A stretch of DNA of 64,000 nucleotides from Candidatus Poribacteria bacterium (GTDB lineage Bacteria > Poribacteria > WGA-4E > JAJDTR01). The notes beneath the pieces are model-generated. The model searched no databases. It saw nothing but the letters and a program-made list of their open reading frames with translations, and had not been told where the DNA came from. Every line of letters begins with the position of its first letter. Position 1 is the stretch's first letter. Below are positions 49,501-59,392 of this stretch, piece after piece. Where the stretch lies: the NCBI GenBank assembly GCA_965232535.1, contig CBDDPW010000007.1, positions 199,662 to 263,661 on the forward strand. Direction: 5' to 3'. Position numbers and translations under genes: made by a program.

Positions 49501-51029
49501 TGCATGTACTCCATCATGACGGAGACAATCTTGACGGGTGGCCACAGGAAATAGAGGATTATGGCTTAACCCCGGCGGCAGTTGGTGACCTGAACCGAGA
49601 CGCTTCGCTGGAGCTTGTCGTCACCACGAGTGGAGCCAATGTTTACGCATGGGAATCCGATGGCACCGCATTGGAGGGATGGCCCATTGAACCAAGACCG
49701 GGAACCGGAGCTAACGCGCCGCCGGTATTGGCTGATCTCGACTCCGACGGTACTTTGGAAATTATTTTGATGTTTAGGAACGGAAGCATCTATGTTCTCT
49801 CTCAAAAAGGCGAAGTCCGCGACGGATGGCCCCAGCGAATCGGATATACACCATATGCTGCGCCGGCAGTCGGCGATTTGAACGGAGATGGGGAACTCGA
49901 AATCATCGCTGGCGATTTGGGCACATCAAGCATTGTCGCCTTGAATGAAGATGGCACACTGGCGGCGGGATGGCCAATCTCAATTTTCGGATCAACGGTT
50001 ACATCGATTCCCGTGCTGGGAGACATTAACGGTGACGACGAGGTTGAGGTCGTCGTTGCAACCAACTGGGGAAGTTTCTTTGGGCAATTACACGCCTTTA
50101 GTTCTGACGGTGTTGAGCTTGACGGTTGGCCCCTCATTACCACGGGCAATCTCCAATCTTCACCTGCTATCGGTGACCTTGACAACGACGGGGATGTGGA
50201 AATCTGTATCGGTTCTCTGCGGGCACCTAGTCAGGGTGAGTTTATCCCCGGATCGGTCTATATATGGGATTTGGAAGGCCAATCCACTGATGCGAAAGTT
50301 GAGTGGGGCATGTTTCAGGCAAATCCGGAACATACCGGGGTTTACGTCAACAACCTCCCTCCGTCAAACGTGTTCTCATCGTTCACGGGTGCGCGAGAAT
50401 TCAATCAGATTCGCCTCAACTGGACGACAATGGGAGAGTACGGTAATCTCGGATGGCGAATCTACCGAAACGAGACTCCGGACGGAGAATTTAAGCCCTT
50501 AATCGACGCATTCCGGTCGACAATTGACCGTCCAGTAGAAGTATTGATAAAGGGCAGAGGATACAGTAATTCAGAACGCGATTATGTCTTTTTTGACGAA
50601 GATACCTCTCCTCTCAAGACCTATTCGTACTATCTAGAGAACAGAGGACTCTTGGGCAGAGTCAGCCTTTCGCCAATTATCACAGTCGAGGGCTTGAAGG
50701 CCGTCACCATCGGTGGACTCAAGACAGAACTTTACCAGAGTTTTCCGAATCCCGGCAATCCCGAAACCTGGCTTCCATTCGCACTTGGCGCCACCGCGAA
50801 GGTCTCGGTCGCTATACGCAACACATCCGGCGATTTAGTGAGGGAACTAGACTTGGGAGAAAGACCATCGGGACTGTATTCCACCAGGTCAAACGCGGGA
50901 TATTGGGACGGCCGTAACGAATTGGGTGAACCAGTCGCCAGCGGTATCTATTACTACACATTCACAATTTCCGAACGCGGTGGCTCTCGTGCGCAGGAGA
51001 TGACGCGGCGACTGGTCATCTTGAAATAG
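46575..51029 (+). CDS. secreted multidomain S8 (subtilisin-family) serine peptidase with FN3-like, FG-GAP/VCBS-like repeats and a C-terminal FlgD-Ig/sorting-type domain
   Basis: Catalytic triad contexts are 'GIIDSGIDWAHEDF', 'HGTHIASIAAG' and 'GSSVAAAHVTGAV'. There are about 9 repeats of the 'GDLDGDG.LEI' type. The C-terminal 'LYQSFPNPGNPETWLPF...GIYYYTF' follows the pattern of FlgD-Ig-like or secretion-sorting domains. Signal-peptide-like start MPRKLTLIFCTIIVG at 46575, with GGAGAAAG upstream. Confidence 0.85.
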   Translation: MPRKLTLIFCTIIVGTTCCFEGISQPSHDPAIHTSLHKLDTLLKPLVMRHAGSIQKGYASPLIRYSERYGTDVIKAMLLMSDSPHTLRTLGVDLQSVIRLNYHSHGFLVTAELPVNLLPEVVMMRNVTYIHAARRAQLAAPSLDRSALATGASQVWKSNPTYTGKDVVVGIIDSGIDWAHEDFKNPDGSSRILWIWDQTQTAAGQVPQDFGYGTEWTQMQINEGTPNQNDYDGHGTHIASIAAGNGRGTGVQRSAPRFVGMAPEADIIAVKSHLFENQVLDAARYIFEKAESLGKPAVVNMSFAYQIGPHDGRTLLEQGLNQLVEETSGRAIVASAGNRGESTIHAGAVLVPPEGENYPKLIPVPDFNDATLYTIIWYSSKESISVRVKVPGTNPGETVDFEWVPPGQVDDFDIPKGPWEGATLIIDSQQQHPVYPDLASIIVWLWNGGDIGLPLDRYEMTIELDGPGVPFDAYYLSSEIDGGFRTDSPDPWLIPGDANKTIGMPSTARGVISVTSYVTRNDWVDMFGFLRAVDATVGEISSISSVGPSRDEKEKPNLAAPGEMIVAALAGRSWGYPPLVLEDQSHIALRGSSVAAAHVTGAVALLLQQEPARTVVDLQRLLMERAVDSGDPGWDSYWGAGQLNILASLDVPAVPQGFTAVSEDGAVSLSWMANVESNIAGYRLHISDRTFDLGNVETLRLTDLQNGVPIVVALSAFNTAGNESAKTRPLIVIPTANPGGEDTTSPTPPTGLIVTPGDGSVGLVWNPNPEPDVAGYIILFGGAPGEYFAHFDVQNETFLRVTGAENDVPLFVVVVAFDSAGNVSELSEEVEFTPTAQESTLVPDQEGWPFQTESEVFSSPVLVDLDGDGTLEIIVGSKDGLLQVWNHDGSSVTGWPQETDGELIATPSVGDLDADGSLEIVLPVERRVYIFRRDGTRFNSEWPKRFKSRIIAAATLADLDKDFDKEIIIVTKTDGVHVLHHDGDNLDGWPQEIEDYGLTPAAVGDLNRDASLELVVTTSGANVYAWESDGTALEGWPIEPRPGTGANAPPVLADLDSDGTLEIILMFRNGSIYVLSQKGEVRDGWPQRIGYTPYAAPAVGDLNGDGELEIIAGDLGTSSIVALNEDGTLAAGWPISIFGSTVTSIPVLGDINGDDEVEVVVATNWGSFFGQLHAFSSDGVELDGWPLITTGNLQSSPAIGDLDNDGDVEICIGSLRAPSQGEFIPGSVYIWDLEGQSTDAKVEWGMFQANPEHTGVYVNNLPPSNVFSSFTGAREFNQIRLNWTTMGEYGNLGWRIYRNETPDGEFKPLIDAFRSTIDRPVEVLIKGRGYSNSERDYVFFDEDTSPLKTYSYYLENRGLLGRVSLSPIITVEGLKAVTIGGLKTELYQSFPNPGNPETWLPFALGATAKVSVAIRNTSGDLVRELDLGERPSGLYSTRSNAGYWDGRNELGEPVASGIYYYTFTISERGGSRAQEMTRRLVILK

Positions 51030-51133
51030 CCGAGCCGCTTTTTAGGTGAATCTCGGGGCACGTTAACAGGATATCCTTCAAGAAATGGCGAGCGTTAGCA
51101 CAATAGCTGGACAGGGTTAATGAAGGGAAAGGC

Positions 51134-52159
51134 ATGTCTAACAATTCTGCCGTGACGGTTTACCGGATCGGCATCGTGGGAACAGGCGGAATCGCAAAGG
51201 CGCACGGCAGGGCGTGTAAAGAACTTGAATGCGCCGAACTCTCCGCCATCTGTGACATTTCCGAAGAGGCTTTACATCGTTACGCCGAAGCATTTGGAGT
51301 GAAGCGTCTCTACGGTACTCTCGATCAGATGTTGGCTAGCGAAGAACTCGATATCGCCATTGTCGCCAACTGGGGGGCGTTTCATGCAGAAACAGGCATT
51401 CAAATTGCCAAGTCACGCCGCGTTAAAGCCATTATATGTGAAAAGCCGTTTACATCGAATGCGGCGGAGGCAGAACAACTCGTAAATGCCGCGAATGCAA
51501 ACGGTATACTTGTTACGGAAGCCTTCAAGTTCCGACATCATCCAATGCATCTAAAGGCGAAGGAACTCATTGACGCTGGAGAAATTGGAGAGGTAAAAAC
51601 AGTGCGCAGCACCTTCTGCACCGGGGGCAGGGGCGGAGGACCTGAATCTCGCCCACCGGAAAGGAACTGGCGTTTCAACAAGGCAAAGGGCGGCGGAAGC
51701 ATCTATGACCTAGGGTGCTACTGTATTCATCATGCGCGGTTTGTCTTTGATGCGGAGCCTGTTACGGCATTTGCGATTCAGCAGTGGGGAATCGAAGTTG
51801 ATGATGCAATGTATATCCTTCTTACCTTCCCGGGCGCGCGAACCGCGCAGATTTCCGTCGGCTTCAATTCGTCAAACGCACAATACGCTGAAATCTGCGG
51901 TACAGAGGGGATGTTGCGCTTGGACAGAATCTGGAACAATGAAGACCGCGCCGTGTCAATCGAAAAACACACGGTTGATGGATTGGAATCCATCGAATTT
52001 GATCCGGTGTTTCAGTTCACGAACCAACTCAGGCACCTCTGCGATTGTTTGACAACGGGACAACCGCACCGTATTTCACCCGAGAACTGCGTCCGCCAAA
52101 TGAAAGTGATAGATGCCGTTCGTGAATCGGTAGAAACCGGGAACGTCGTGGCGATTTAA
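51134..52159 (+). CDS. Gfo/Idh/MocA family oxidoreductase
   Basis: 341 aa with Rossmann 'IGIVGTGGIAKAH' and 'EKP' motif 'IICEKPF'. Confidence 0.85.
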   Translation: MSNNSAVTVYRIGIVGTGGIAKAHGRACKELECAELSAICDISEEALHRYAEAFGVKRLYGTLDQMLASEELDIAIVANWGAFHAETGIQIAKSRRVKAIICEKPFTSNAAEAEQLVNAANANGILVTEAFKFRHHPMHLKAKELIDAGEIGEVKTVRSTFCTGGRGGGPESRPPERNWRFNKAKGGGSIYDLGCYCIHHARFVFDAEPVTAFAIQQWGIEVDDAMYILLTFPGARTAQISVGFNSSNAQYAEICGTEGMLRLDRIWNNEDRAVSIEKHTVDGLESIEFDPVFQFTNQLRHLCDCLTTGQPHRISPENCVRQMKVIDAVRESVETGNVVAI

Positions 52160-52220
52160 AAAATAAAACGAACCTTGGAAATTTATACCATCGCCGACAG
52201 TTGCATGGATGCGATTGGTT

Positions 52221-54083
52221 CTATCTAGTAGCATGTTCCATGATCTCGGTCATTCGTGCGACAAAATCGGTCGGAGAATCCATATTACCTTCAATCAGAA
52301 GCGCCCCTCCAAAAACCTGCAACACACAACTCTTGAGAAGCGACTCATCACCTTTTTTCTCGTGAATATGAGCAAGGTTCTTTATTAACGGGTGAGAGGG
52401 ATTGATCTCAAGAATCTTCTTTGAGTCAGGAATGTCTTGGTTCATCATCTTCATCATTCGTTCCATCTGCCGATCTATTCCGCTGGCTCCGACGACGAGG
52501 GTTGCCGCAGAATCGACAAGCCTTTTGGATTCGACCACATCCTCTACCTTGTCACCAAGCGTTTCTTTGAACAGCGAAATTAGCGACTTGGACTCATCCT
52601 CGGTTAAGCTATCACCCTCGCTCTCGTCATCCGACTTAAGGTCGAGGCCTGCGGTTTCAATTCCTTTTATCGGTTTTTCGTCGTATTCATGCAACTGTGG
52701 AATATTGAAGATATCCGCCGGATCAATGAAAAACAGGACTTCGATTCCCCTTTTCCTGAAATACTCCAGATTAGGATTCAGTTCTACCGCCGCTCTGTTC
52801 TCCCCAGTCAGATAGTAAATCTCTTTTTGATCCTCCGGCATACCAACCGCGTAGTCCTTCAGTGACGTGAACTTTCCTTTTTCGGTTTTTGTGGATTCGA
52901 ACCGCAAGAGATCGATCAACCGATCACGGTTTCCAAAGTCTGTGCTGAGTCCGGTTTTGAACAACAGCCCAAAGTTCGTGAAAAATGTGTCGTACTTTTC
53001 TTGGTCATTCTTTGCCCAATCCTCAAGAAGCGACAAAATTCTTCCCGTAAGCACATTTTTGATCTTTCCCATGACCGGGCTTGATTGCGTTACTTCACGA
53101 GATACGTTTAACGGCAAATCTTCCGTATCCACGACCCCCGCGACGAAACGTAGATACTCTGGAAGTAGCTCCTTGCAGTCGTCCTGGATAAAGATCCTGT
53201 TCGCGTAGAGTTGCAACGACTTCAGGTCATCTCCCCTCAGAAAATTGAAGGGAGCGGTTTCGGGCACAAAAACCATCGCCTTGAAATTTACCTGCCCCTC
53301 AATAGCCAAATGCAGATGACCAAGTGTCGAGTTGAAGTCGTTGGATATGAACTTATAAAATTCCTCTAGCTCTTCATCTGTCACTTCATTTTTGTTTTTC
53401 TGCCACAGCGCGCTTATGGTGTTGACCTGTTCGCCGTTGACATGAATCGGGAAATCGGCGAAGTTGGAGTATTTTTTGATTATCTCGTTTACTCGGTGTT
53501 CCTCACTGAACTCCTTCGCATCGTCCTTAAGTTTGAACGAGATTGTCGTTCCTCGCTCCTCACGTGGAAATTCTTCAACGGTAAATTGGCTCTCGCCGGT
53601 CGATTCCCACCGATACCCCTTTGACCCCGAATCTGCGTGACGGGTTTCGATGACCACCTGATCGGTTACCATAAAAACGGAATAGAAACCGATGCCGAAT
53701 TGACCGATCAGATTCGCGTCGAAGGGTTTGCCCTCCTCTTTCAATCGCTCCAAAAATGCCACGGTGCCGGAACTTGCAATGGTGCCGATTCTGGATACGA
53801 GATCTTCCTTCGTCATGCCGATGCCGGTGTCGGCAATCGAGAAGGTTTGTCCTTTCGAGTCAACACTGATGTTGATTCGCAAAGGCGCGTCGGGACTTAC
53901 AATATCCTTGTCCGTTAACTGTCTGAAACGCACTTGATTTAGAGCATCGGAAGCATTGGAAATCACTTCGCGGAGAAAAACTTCGCGATGGCTGTAGAGA
54001 GAATGAACGATAAGATGAAGAAGCTGCTTCATCTCCGCTTGGTATTCAAATTCCTCCAATGCTTCAGGTTTATCGTTGGACAT
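52221..54083 (-). CDS. htpG: molecular chaperone HtpG (Hsp90)
   Basis: 620 aa with 'FLREVISNASDALNQ', 'DTGIGMTKEDL' and 'GQFGIGFYSVFMV'. Confidence 0.95.
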   Translation of the reverse strand: MSNDKPEALEEFEYQAEMKQLLHLIVHSLYSHREVFLREVISNASDALNQVRFRQLTDKDIVSPDAPLRINISVDSKGQTFSIADTGIGMTKEDLVSRIGTIASSGTVAFLERLKEEGKPFDANLIGQFGIGFYSVFMVTDQVVIETRHADSGSKGYRWESTGESQFTVEEFPREERGTTISFKLKDDAKEFSEEHRVNEIIKKYSNFADFPIHVNGEQVNTISALWQKNKNEVTDEELEEFYKFISNDFNSTLGHLHLAIEGQVNFKAMVFVPETAPFNFLRGDDLKSLQLYANRIFIQDDCKELLPEYLRFVAGVVDTEDLPLNVSREVTQSSPVMGKIKNVLTGRILSLLEDWAKNDQEKYDTFFTNFGLLFKTGLSTDFGNRDRLIDLLRFESTKTEKGKFTSLKDYAVGMPEDQKEIYYLTGENRAAVELNPNLEYFRKRGIEVLFFIDPADIFNIPQLHEYDEKPIKGIETAGLDLKSDDESEGDSLTEDESKSLISLFKETLGDKVEDVVESKRLVDSAATLVVGASGIDRQMERMMKMMNQDIPDSKKILEINPSHPLIKNLAHIHEKKGDESLLKSCVLQVFGGALLIEGNMDSPTDFVARMTEIMEHATR

Positions 54084-54276
54084 AGTCGAAAAATCCTCCT
54101 ATTGTTTGTTGATGAAGTAACAGTTTACTCATGATTGTTGATTTTGAACGCATACAATATACTGCTTTGGAAGCAGAATCCGCAATCAAATTGTCCCCAT
54201 CGGAACGTAGTCTGAATGAATTGACATCTACCCTCACGGCAACTGCAGAACATAAATTCTCGTAGAGGGTTTACCG

Positions 54277-54597
54277 CTACTCGATACTCACGGTCAGCGC
54301 GGAAAACCGTATCGTGATTGACCGTTCACCTTCCGTCGCCTCTATGCGAATAGGACTTCCGTAGGGAACACCATCTGTTCTATCGCCTTCCGTCGGTGAA
54401 GACAAAAGATTGGCTGCAGGTCGAATGCCTCCTGTCACACTAGACATGACTGGCGCATCAGGCGTCGTCAACTCAATTTCATATACCTCGGACAAATTAT
54501 CCCAGTCACAGTCCAAGCAGAATAGCTTGTCCTCGTCTATAGATTTGATCGAATCATGTTTACAATTCGGACATAGCATTTTTTGCCTCCCGCCCAA
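54277..54597 (-). CDS. hypothetical Zn-ribbon protein
   Basis: 106 aa with 'CPNCKH...CLDCDW' (two CxxC pairs). Confidence 0.35.
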   Translation of the reverse strand: MGGRQKMLCPNCKHDSIKSIDEDKLFCLDCDWDNLSEVYEIELTTPDAPVMSSVTGGIRPAANLLSSPTEGDRTDGVPYGSPIRIEATEGERSITIRFSALTVSIE

Positions 54598-54711
54598 GAA
54601 ACGATGCGAATCTTGTCAGGGTTGCAAGAGTTAAGCTTGCAGCGTCAGCGGGACATTGAATCTGCGCCGGCACAAATTAAAAATCATCTGTAATGAAACG
54701 CCGCCGATGAT

Positions 54712-56232
54712 TCATAGCCTATCGAGCTCCTTCACGGCTTGGATGCCGCTATCCAATGCTTCAAATAGCAGCGGCAACCGGCTATTGTCTACTCCGGCAT
54801 AGACAAGATTGGGTTCGGACCGATGCAGATTCTTATCGCTGAACAGGTAATGAGGTTTGGGAACCGGCATCGCGTGTCCAAGCACCTTGAAAAAAACCTT
54901 CTCCACGAGAGGACCGACATCTTGATCGAAGAACTGGTTAATCGTCTTTACCGTCTCTCGGGTAATCTCCTGGGCGTTGCGCTGAATGTTGGCTAGATAA
55001 GGTCTCTGGTCAGGAGGGAAGCAGTAGTATGCCGTAAACACTCGAGCGTCACTCGCGCGAAATTGAGAGGCGCTATCCACGAATCCCATGTAGGTCGAAT
55101 CCTCGCCCAAGAGTTCGTTTTGCCAAAACGCTTCCGATTGAAGATCGTCTTTAAGGACGATGTTTAGTACCAGCCACGGTGCATATGTGTTGTCTTGAAA
55201 AAGATGGGCGTCGGATGGAAATACGTATTTCAGCGCGTGTTTACCGCCTGCATAGATGACATTCTTTGCAAGGTAGCGGTCAATCCGAGAGTTCTCAATA
55301 TTTACTACTAGCACTTCAAAACCGGTTTCGCCCTTCTGTACACTCTTCACCAAGTGACTTGTCTTAATCCTGTCGCCGGGGAGGGTCGCCGCCATTTTGT
55401 CCACAAAATATGCGTTTCCCTCCGGCGGCGAAAACAGTTCCACGGATTGGGTGTAGTAAGGTCTACAGGTGTAGTAGTGGATTCCGGCGAGCGCAGAGAC
55501 CGTTGCCGCGTCGGCACCGTAGTCATCCCTCATCTGGTAATCCACTCCTTGCTTAAAGGACGAGTTTAATCTCAAGGCACGCTTAAGAAAGTCAAGAAAA
55601 CTTATCTCGTCAAGCGTCCATAGCTCCTCCCTAATAATCCGCGTCGGCTGCCTCATTTCCCCCAAATAGGGAAGTAAAAGTTCCAAGAATTCGGTTCTGA
55701 GTTGGCTCGGTTCGAGAATATCCTCTCGCATTCCTTCCGAAGTGAGGGTTTGACCTTCCCGCCGAACATCAATCAGATACTGACGGTCGACAAAATTCCA
55801 TGAATCAACTAGATTATCGTAACGAATAACCCCCAGTTCTTCAAGGAAGTTTAAGGTCTCGCCCCCATAATAGTTTGGGTAAGCCAAATCGTAATGCGCG
55901 CCTTGAGAAAAGACTTCGCCGGCGTGAGATTCGCTCGCTGACGTGCCGCCGAGTCGCGCCGACAGTTCGCACAAGACGAAATCCCTGTCCCGCAGTTGGC
56001 ATGCCGCCGATAACCCGGAGATGCCGCCGCCCACGATAAGATATTCGGTAGAGAACGTGTTCCCTGCCGGCATAGCGGCGCTATTCAAAAGCAGATGTCC
56101 CGCCCCCATGTCAGAATTGATTGATATGTCATATAACTGCGAGTTGGGCTTCTCGGATGTTGAGTCGCATGATTGAGTGAGGATTCCGGCGAGGGCGAGG
56201 GAGGAAAGTTTAATGAAGGTTCGGCGGTTCAT
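54712..56232 (-). CDS. FAD-dependent oxidoreductase with Tat-type signal peptide
   Basis: 506 aa. Twin-arginine leader 'MNRRTFIKLSSLALAG' and dinucleotide fold 'YLIVGGGISGLSAA'. Confidence 0.7.
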   Translation of the reverse strand: MNRRTFIKLSSLALAGILTQSCDSTSEKPNSQLYDISINSDMGAGHLLLNSAAMPAGNTFSTEYLIVGGGISGLSAACQLRDRDFVLCELSARLGGTSASESHAGEVFSQGAHYDLAYPNYYGGETLNFLEELGVIRYDNLVDSWNFVDRQYLIDVRREGQTLTSEGMREDILEPSQLRTEFLELLLPYLGEMRQPTRIIREELWTLDEISFLDFLKRALRLNSSFKQGVDYQMRDDYGADAATVSALAGIHYYTCRPYYTQSVELFSPPEGNAYFVDKMAATLPGDRIKTSHLVKSVQKGETGFEVLVVNIENSRIDRYLAKNVIYAGGKHALKYVFPSDAHLFQDNTYAPWLVLNIVLKDDLQSEAFWQNELLGEDSTYMGFVDSASQFRASDARVFTAYYCFPPDQRPYLANIQRNAQEITRETVKTINQFFDQDVGPLVEKVFFKVLGHAMPVPKPHYLFSDKNLHRSEPNLVYAGVDNSRLPLLFEALDSGIQAVKELDRL

Positions 56233-56284
56233 GGTAGGAGTGATTGGACTGTAGGGATTGATAATGTAGGACTAAATTAACACG

Positions 56285-59200
56285 TTACGCTGCCCAACGC
56301 TCGGACAAAACTTCGGCTTGCTCTATGACAGTTTCGGCGGCTCTATCCTGCTTGTCAGGCGGGTAGCCGTATCTTCGCAGAATTCGCTTCACCAGTCGAC
56401 GCAGGTTGGCGCGGACACTCTCCTTCATCGTCCAGTCAATGGTGACGTTATTGCGGACAGTTGTCACAAGTTCGGTCGCAATCGTGCACAAGGTCTCATC
56501 TCCCAACACTTGTACGGCGCTATCGTTGGTTTCAAGCGCGTCGTAGAACGCCAATTCATCGCTCGAAAGCCCCAACTCTTCGCCGCGCTCAGCCGCTTCG
56601 CGCAACTCTTTTGCCGTTTGGATAAGTTCCTCGATTACCTGCGCGGCTTCTATCGTCCGGTTTTGATAGGCGCGAATGGATTGTTCCAACATCTCTGCAA
56701 ATGAACGCGCTCTGACGACGTTCTTACGTGATTGTGTTTTAATTTCATCGTTGAGCAGCTTGTCCAAGAGTTCAACCGCCAAGTTTCTTTGCGGTAGATT
56801 GCGCACTTCCGCGAGGAATTCGTCGGAAAGAATTGAAATATCGGGCTTCTCCAATCCCGCGGCGGCAAAGATATCAACCACGCCCTCGGGAACAACAGCC
56901 CTAGATACCAACTGCTGGATTGCGAGCTCTGCCGCCTCGGACTGTGTTTCCTCCCTAGCCGTCAGTTTTGCCAAAACACCTCGCACCGTTTGAAAAAAGG
57001 CGACATCGTCGCGGATTTCAATCGCTCTTTCGTGAGGCACGACCAGAGAGAAGGCCTTGGAGAGCGCGGCGACCTCATTCAGCAGGCGGGCTTTGCCATC
57101 CTCCAAGCCCAAGACATGATCTTGAGCGGCGGGCAGTAGTCTGAGACGTTCCTCGGCGTTTCCACTAGCCCAAGACGACCAATCGAAACCGTGGAACAGC
57201 CCGCAACAGATTTCGTGCTTTTCCATCATCAAGGCAATGGCTTCGGCTTTATCAATAGAGGGTTCCCCTTTTCCGCCGCTTTCCGTGTAGTCGGTTAAAG
57301 CTTGTTTTAGATGGTAGCCGATCCCGATGTAGTCCACAATCAGACCGCCGGGTTTTTCGCCGAAGACGCGATTGACGCGCGCGATGGCTTGCATCAGGGT
57401 GTGACCTCGCATCGGCTTGTCGACATACATCGTGTGAAGGCTTGGCGCGTCGAATCCGGTCAGCCACATGTCGCGGACAATCACAAATTTTAACGGATCA
57501 TCGGGATTCTTGAATCGAACTGCCAACGCTTCGCGCCGCGCTTTGTTGCGAATATGAGGCTGCCACGATTCATCTTCCGATGCTTCGCCCGTCATCACCA
57601 CCTTAATAATCCCCTGCACGTCATCCTCGTCATGCCATTCCGGACGCCTTTCCACAATGGCGTTGTAGAGATCGACGCAGATACGGCGGCTCATGCAGAC
57701 CACCATCGCCTTGCCGTCCATCGCATCCAATCGTTCTTCGAAATGCGTGATGATGTCATCGGCAACCAGAGCCAAGCGTTTCTCCGTTCCGACCAGCGCC
57801 TCAAGCCTAGCCCATTTCGATCTGAGTCGTTCTCTATGCCGTTCCTCCTCTCCTTCAGTCACCTCCTCGAACTCCGGATCAACATTGGGCTTTTCGTTCT
57901 CGTCCAGTTCAATTTTGGCAAGCCGGCTCTCGTAGTAGATGGGCACAGTGGCGCCGTCATCGACGGCTTGTTGGATATCGTAGATGCTGATGTAGTCTCC
58001 GAATACGTTTCGGGTGTTGCGGTCTGTTCCCTCAATCGGGGTGCCGGTGAAACCGATAAACGATGCGTTCGGGAGCGCGTCGCGCATGTGGCGCGCGAAA
58101 CCGTCAATAAAGTCGTACTGGCTACGGTGGGCTTCGTCCGCAATGGCAACGATATTTCGTCGATCGGATAGTTCCGGGAATTGGAGTTCTTCACCCTCCG
58201 GAAAGAATTTTTGCACCGTGGTAAAAACCACACCGCCCGAAGCAACTCTCAAGAGTTCGCGCAGGTGCTCCCTGTCTCGGGCTTGTTCCGGTCTTTGCCG
58301 CAACAGTTGGTTGCAGCGAGCGAACGTGCCGAACAGTTGGTCGTCCAAGTCGTTGCGATCGGTGATGATGACCAGTGTCGGGTTTCGCATTTCCGGGCGC
58401 CGGATGATGCCTCCGGCGTAGAATGCCATTGTCAGGCTTTTGCCCGAGCCTTGCGTGTGCCAGATGACGCCGCAGCGTTTGTCTCCGCCCGGGTGCGACG
58501 CCATCACGGTAGCATCGACAGCGGCTCTCACGGCGTGGAATTGGTGATAACCGGCGATCTTCTTGGCAATCGTATCGCCGCCCATTTCCTCAAAGACAAT
58601 GAAGTGACTTAGATAGTTCAGAAAGCGTTCCTTGTCAAAGAGTCCCTTAATTGTCACCTCAAGTTCCAGATCGGTTGATGCGGCTTCGGTTTCTCCCTCG
58701 ATGGTCCGCCACGGCATGAACCGTTCCCGATCAGCCGTCAAAGAACCAACGCGAGCTTCCACCCCGTCAGAGATGACAAGCGCCGCGTTATACGTGAAAA
58801 GGCGCGGAATTTCCCGCTTGTAGGTCTGAAGTTGGCGAAATGCCGACCACACGGTGGCGTTCTCGTCGGTCGGGTCTTTGAGTTCAATTACGCCTAACGG
58901 GAGTCCATTTACAAACAGCACGATATCCGGTCGGCGTGGGCTTTCACCCTTCACCGCAAATTGATTAACCGCCAACCAGTCGTTGTTTTCGGGGTTCTCA
59001 AAATCCACCAATTGCACACGCCCACCGCGCATTGCACCATCGGCGTCCCGATATTCAACTTCGACGCCATCAACCAGCATGAGGTGACACATCCTATTGT
59101 TTTGGACCAATGAAGCGGAGATTGGAGAGAGTACCTTTTGAACGGCTTCCTTTTGAGATTCGGCGGGGATGCTCGGATTCAGTCGGGCAACCGCACCACG

Positions 59201-59392
59201 CACACGCTGCTCTAGGACAACGTCTTCGTATCTTGAGCGCTCGGCACCAGGAGCGTCCGGGGAGATGTCGGAACCATGCAAGACGGAATACCCCATACCC
59301 GCGATCCAATTCAAGGCGGCTTGTTCAATGTCAGATTCGGTGATGCTATTCATCATAGGCTCTACTGTGTTTCGCCTTGAGGTGCGGTCCAT
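56285..59392 (-). CDS. hsdR: Type I restriction enzyme R subunit (HsdR), full length
   Basis: 1,035 aa. N-terminal '[16 protein letters not shown]' and PD-(D/E)xK '[20 protein letters not shown]'. SF2 motor motifs '[11 protein letters not shown]', '[10 protein letters not shown]', 'GFTGTP' and 'QAIARVNR'. C-terminal helical domain '[12 protein letters not shown]'. An alternative start at 59356 (MMNSITESD) is possible. Confidence 0.9.
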   Translation of the reverse strand: MDRTSRRNTVEPMMNSITESDIEQAALNWIAGMGYSVLHGSDISPDAPGAERSRYEDVVLEQRVRGAVARLNPSIPAESQKEAVQKVLSPISASLVQNNRMCHLMLVDGVEVEYRDADGAMRGGRVQLVDFENPENNDWLAVNQFAVKGESPRRPDIVLFVNGLPLGVIELKDPTDENATVWSAFRQLQTYKREIPRLFTYNAALVISDGVEARVGSLTADRERFMPWRTIEGETEAASTDLELEVTIKGLFDKERFLNYLSHFIVFEEMGGDTIAKKIAGYHQFHAVRAAVDATVMASHPGGDKRCGVIWHTQGSGKSLTMAFYAGGIIRRPEMRNPTLVIITDRNDLDDQLFGTFARCNQLLRQRPEQARDREHLRELLRVASGGVVFTTVQKFFPEGEELQFPELSDRRNIVAIADEAHRSQYDFIDGFARHMRDALPNASFIGFTGTPIEGTDRNTRNVFGDYISIYDIQQAVDDGATVPIYYESRLAKIELDENEKPNVDPEFEEVTEGEEERHRERLRSKWARLEALVGTEKRLALVADDIITHFEERLDAMDGKAMVVCMSRRICVDLYNAIVERRPEWHDEDDVQGIIKVVMTGEASEDESWQPHIRNKARREALAVRFKNPDDPLKFVIVRDMWLTGFDAPSLHTMYVDKPMRGHTLMQAIARVNRVFGEKPGGLIVDYIGIGYHLKQALTDYTESGGKGEPSIDKAEAIALMMEKHEICCGLFHGFDWSSWASGNAEERLRLLPAAQDHVLGLEDGKARLLNEVAALSKAFSLVVPHERAIEIRDDVAFFQTVRGVLAKLTAREETQSEAAELAIQQLVSRAVVPEGVVDIFAAAGLEKPDISILSDEFLAEVRNLPQRNLAVELLDKLLNDEIKTQSRKNVVRARSFAEMLEQSIRAYQNRTIEAAQVIEELIQTAKELREAAERGEELGLSSDELAFYDALETNDSAVQVLGDETLCTIATELVTTVRNNVTIDWTMKESVRANLRRLVKRILRRYGYPPDKQDRAAETVIEQAEVLSERWAA

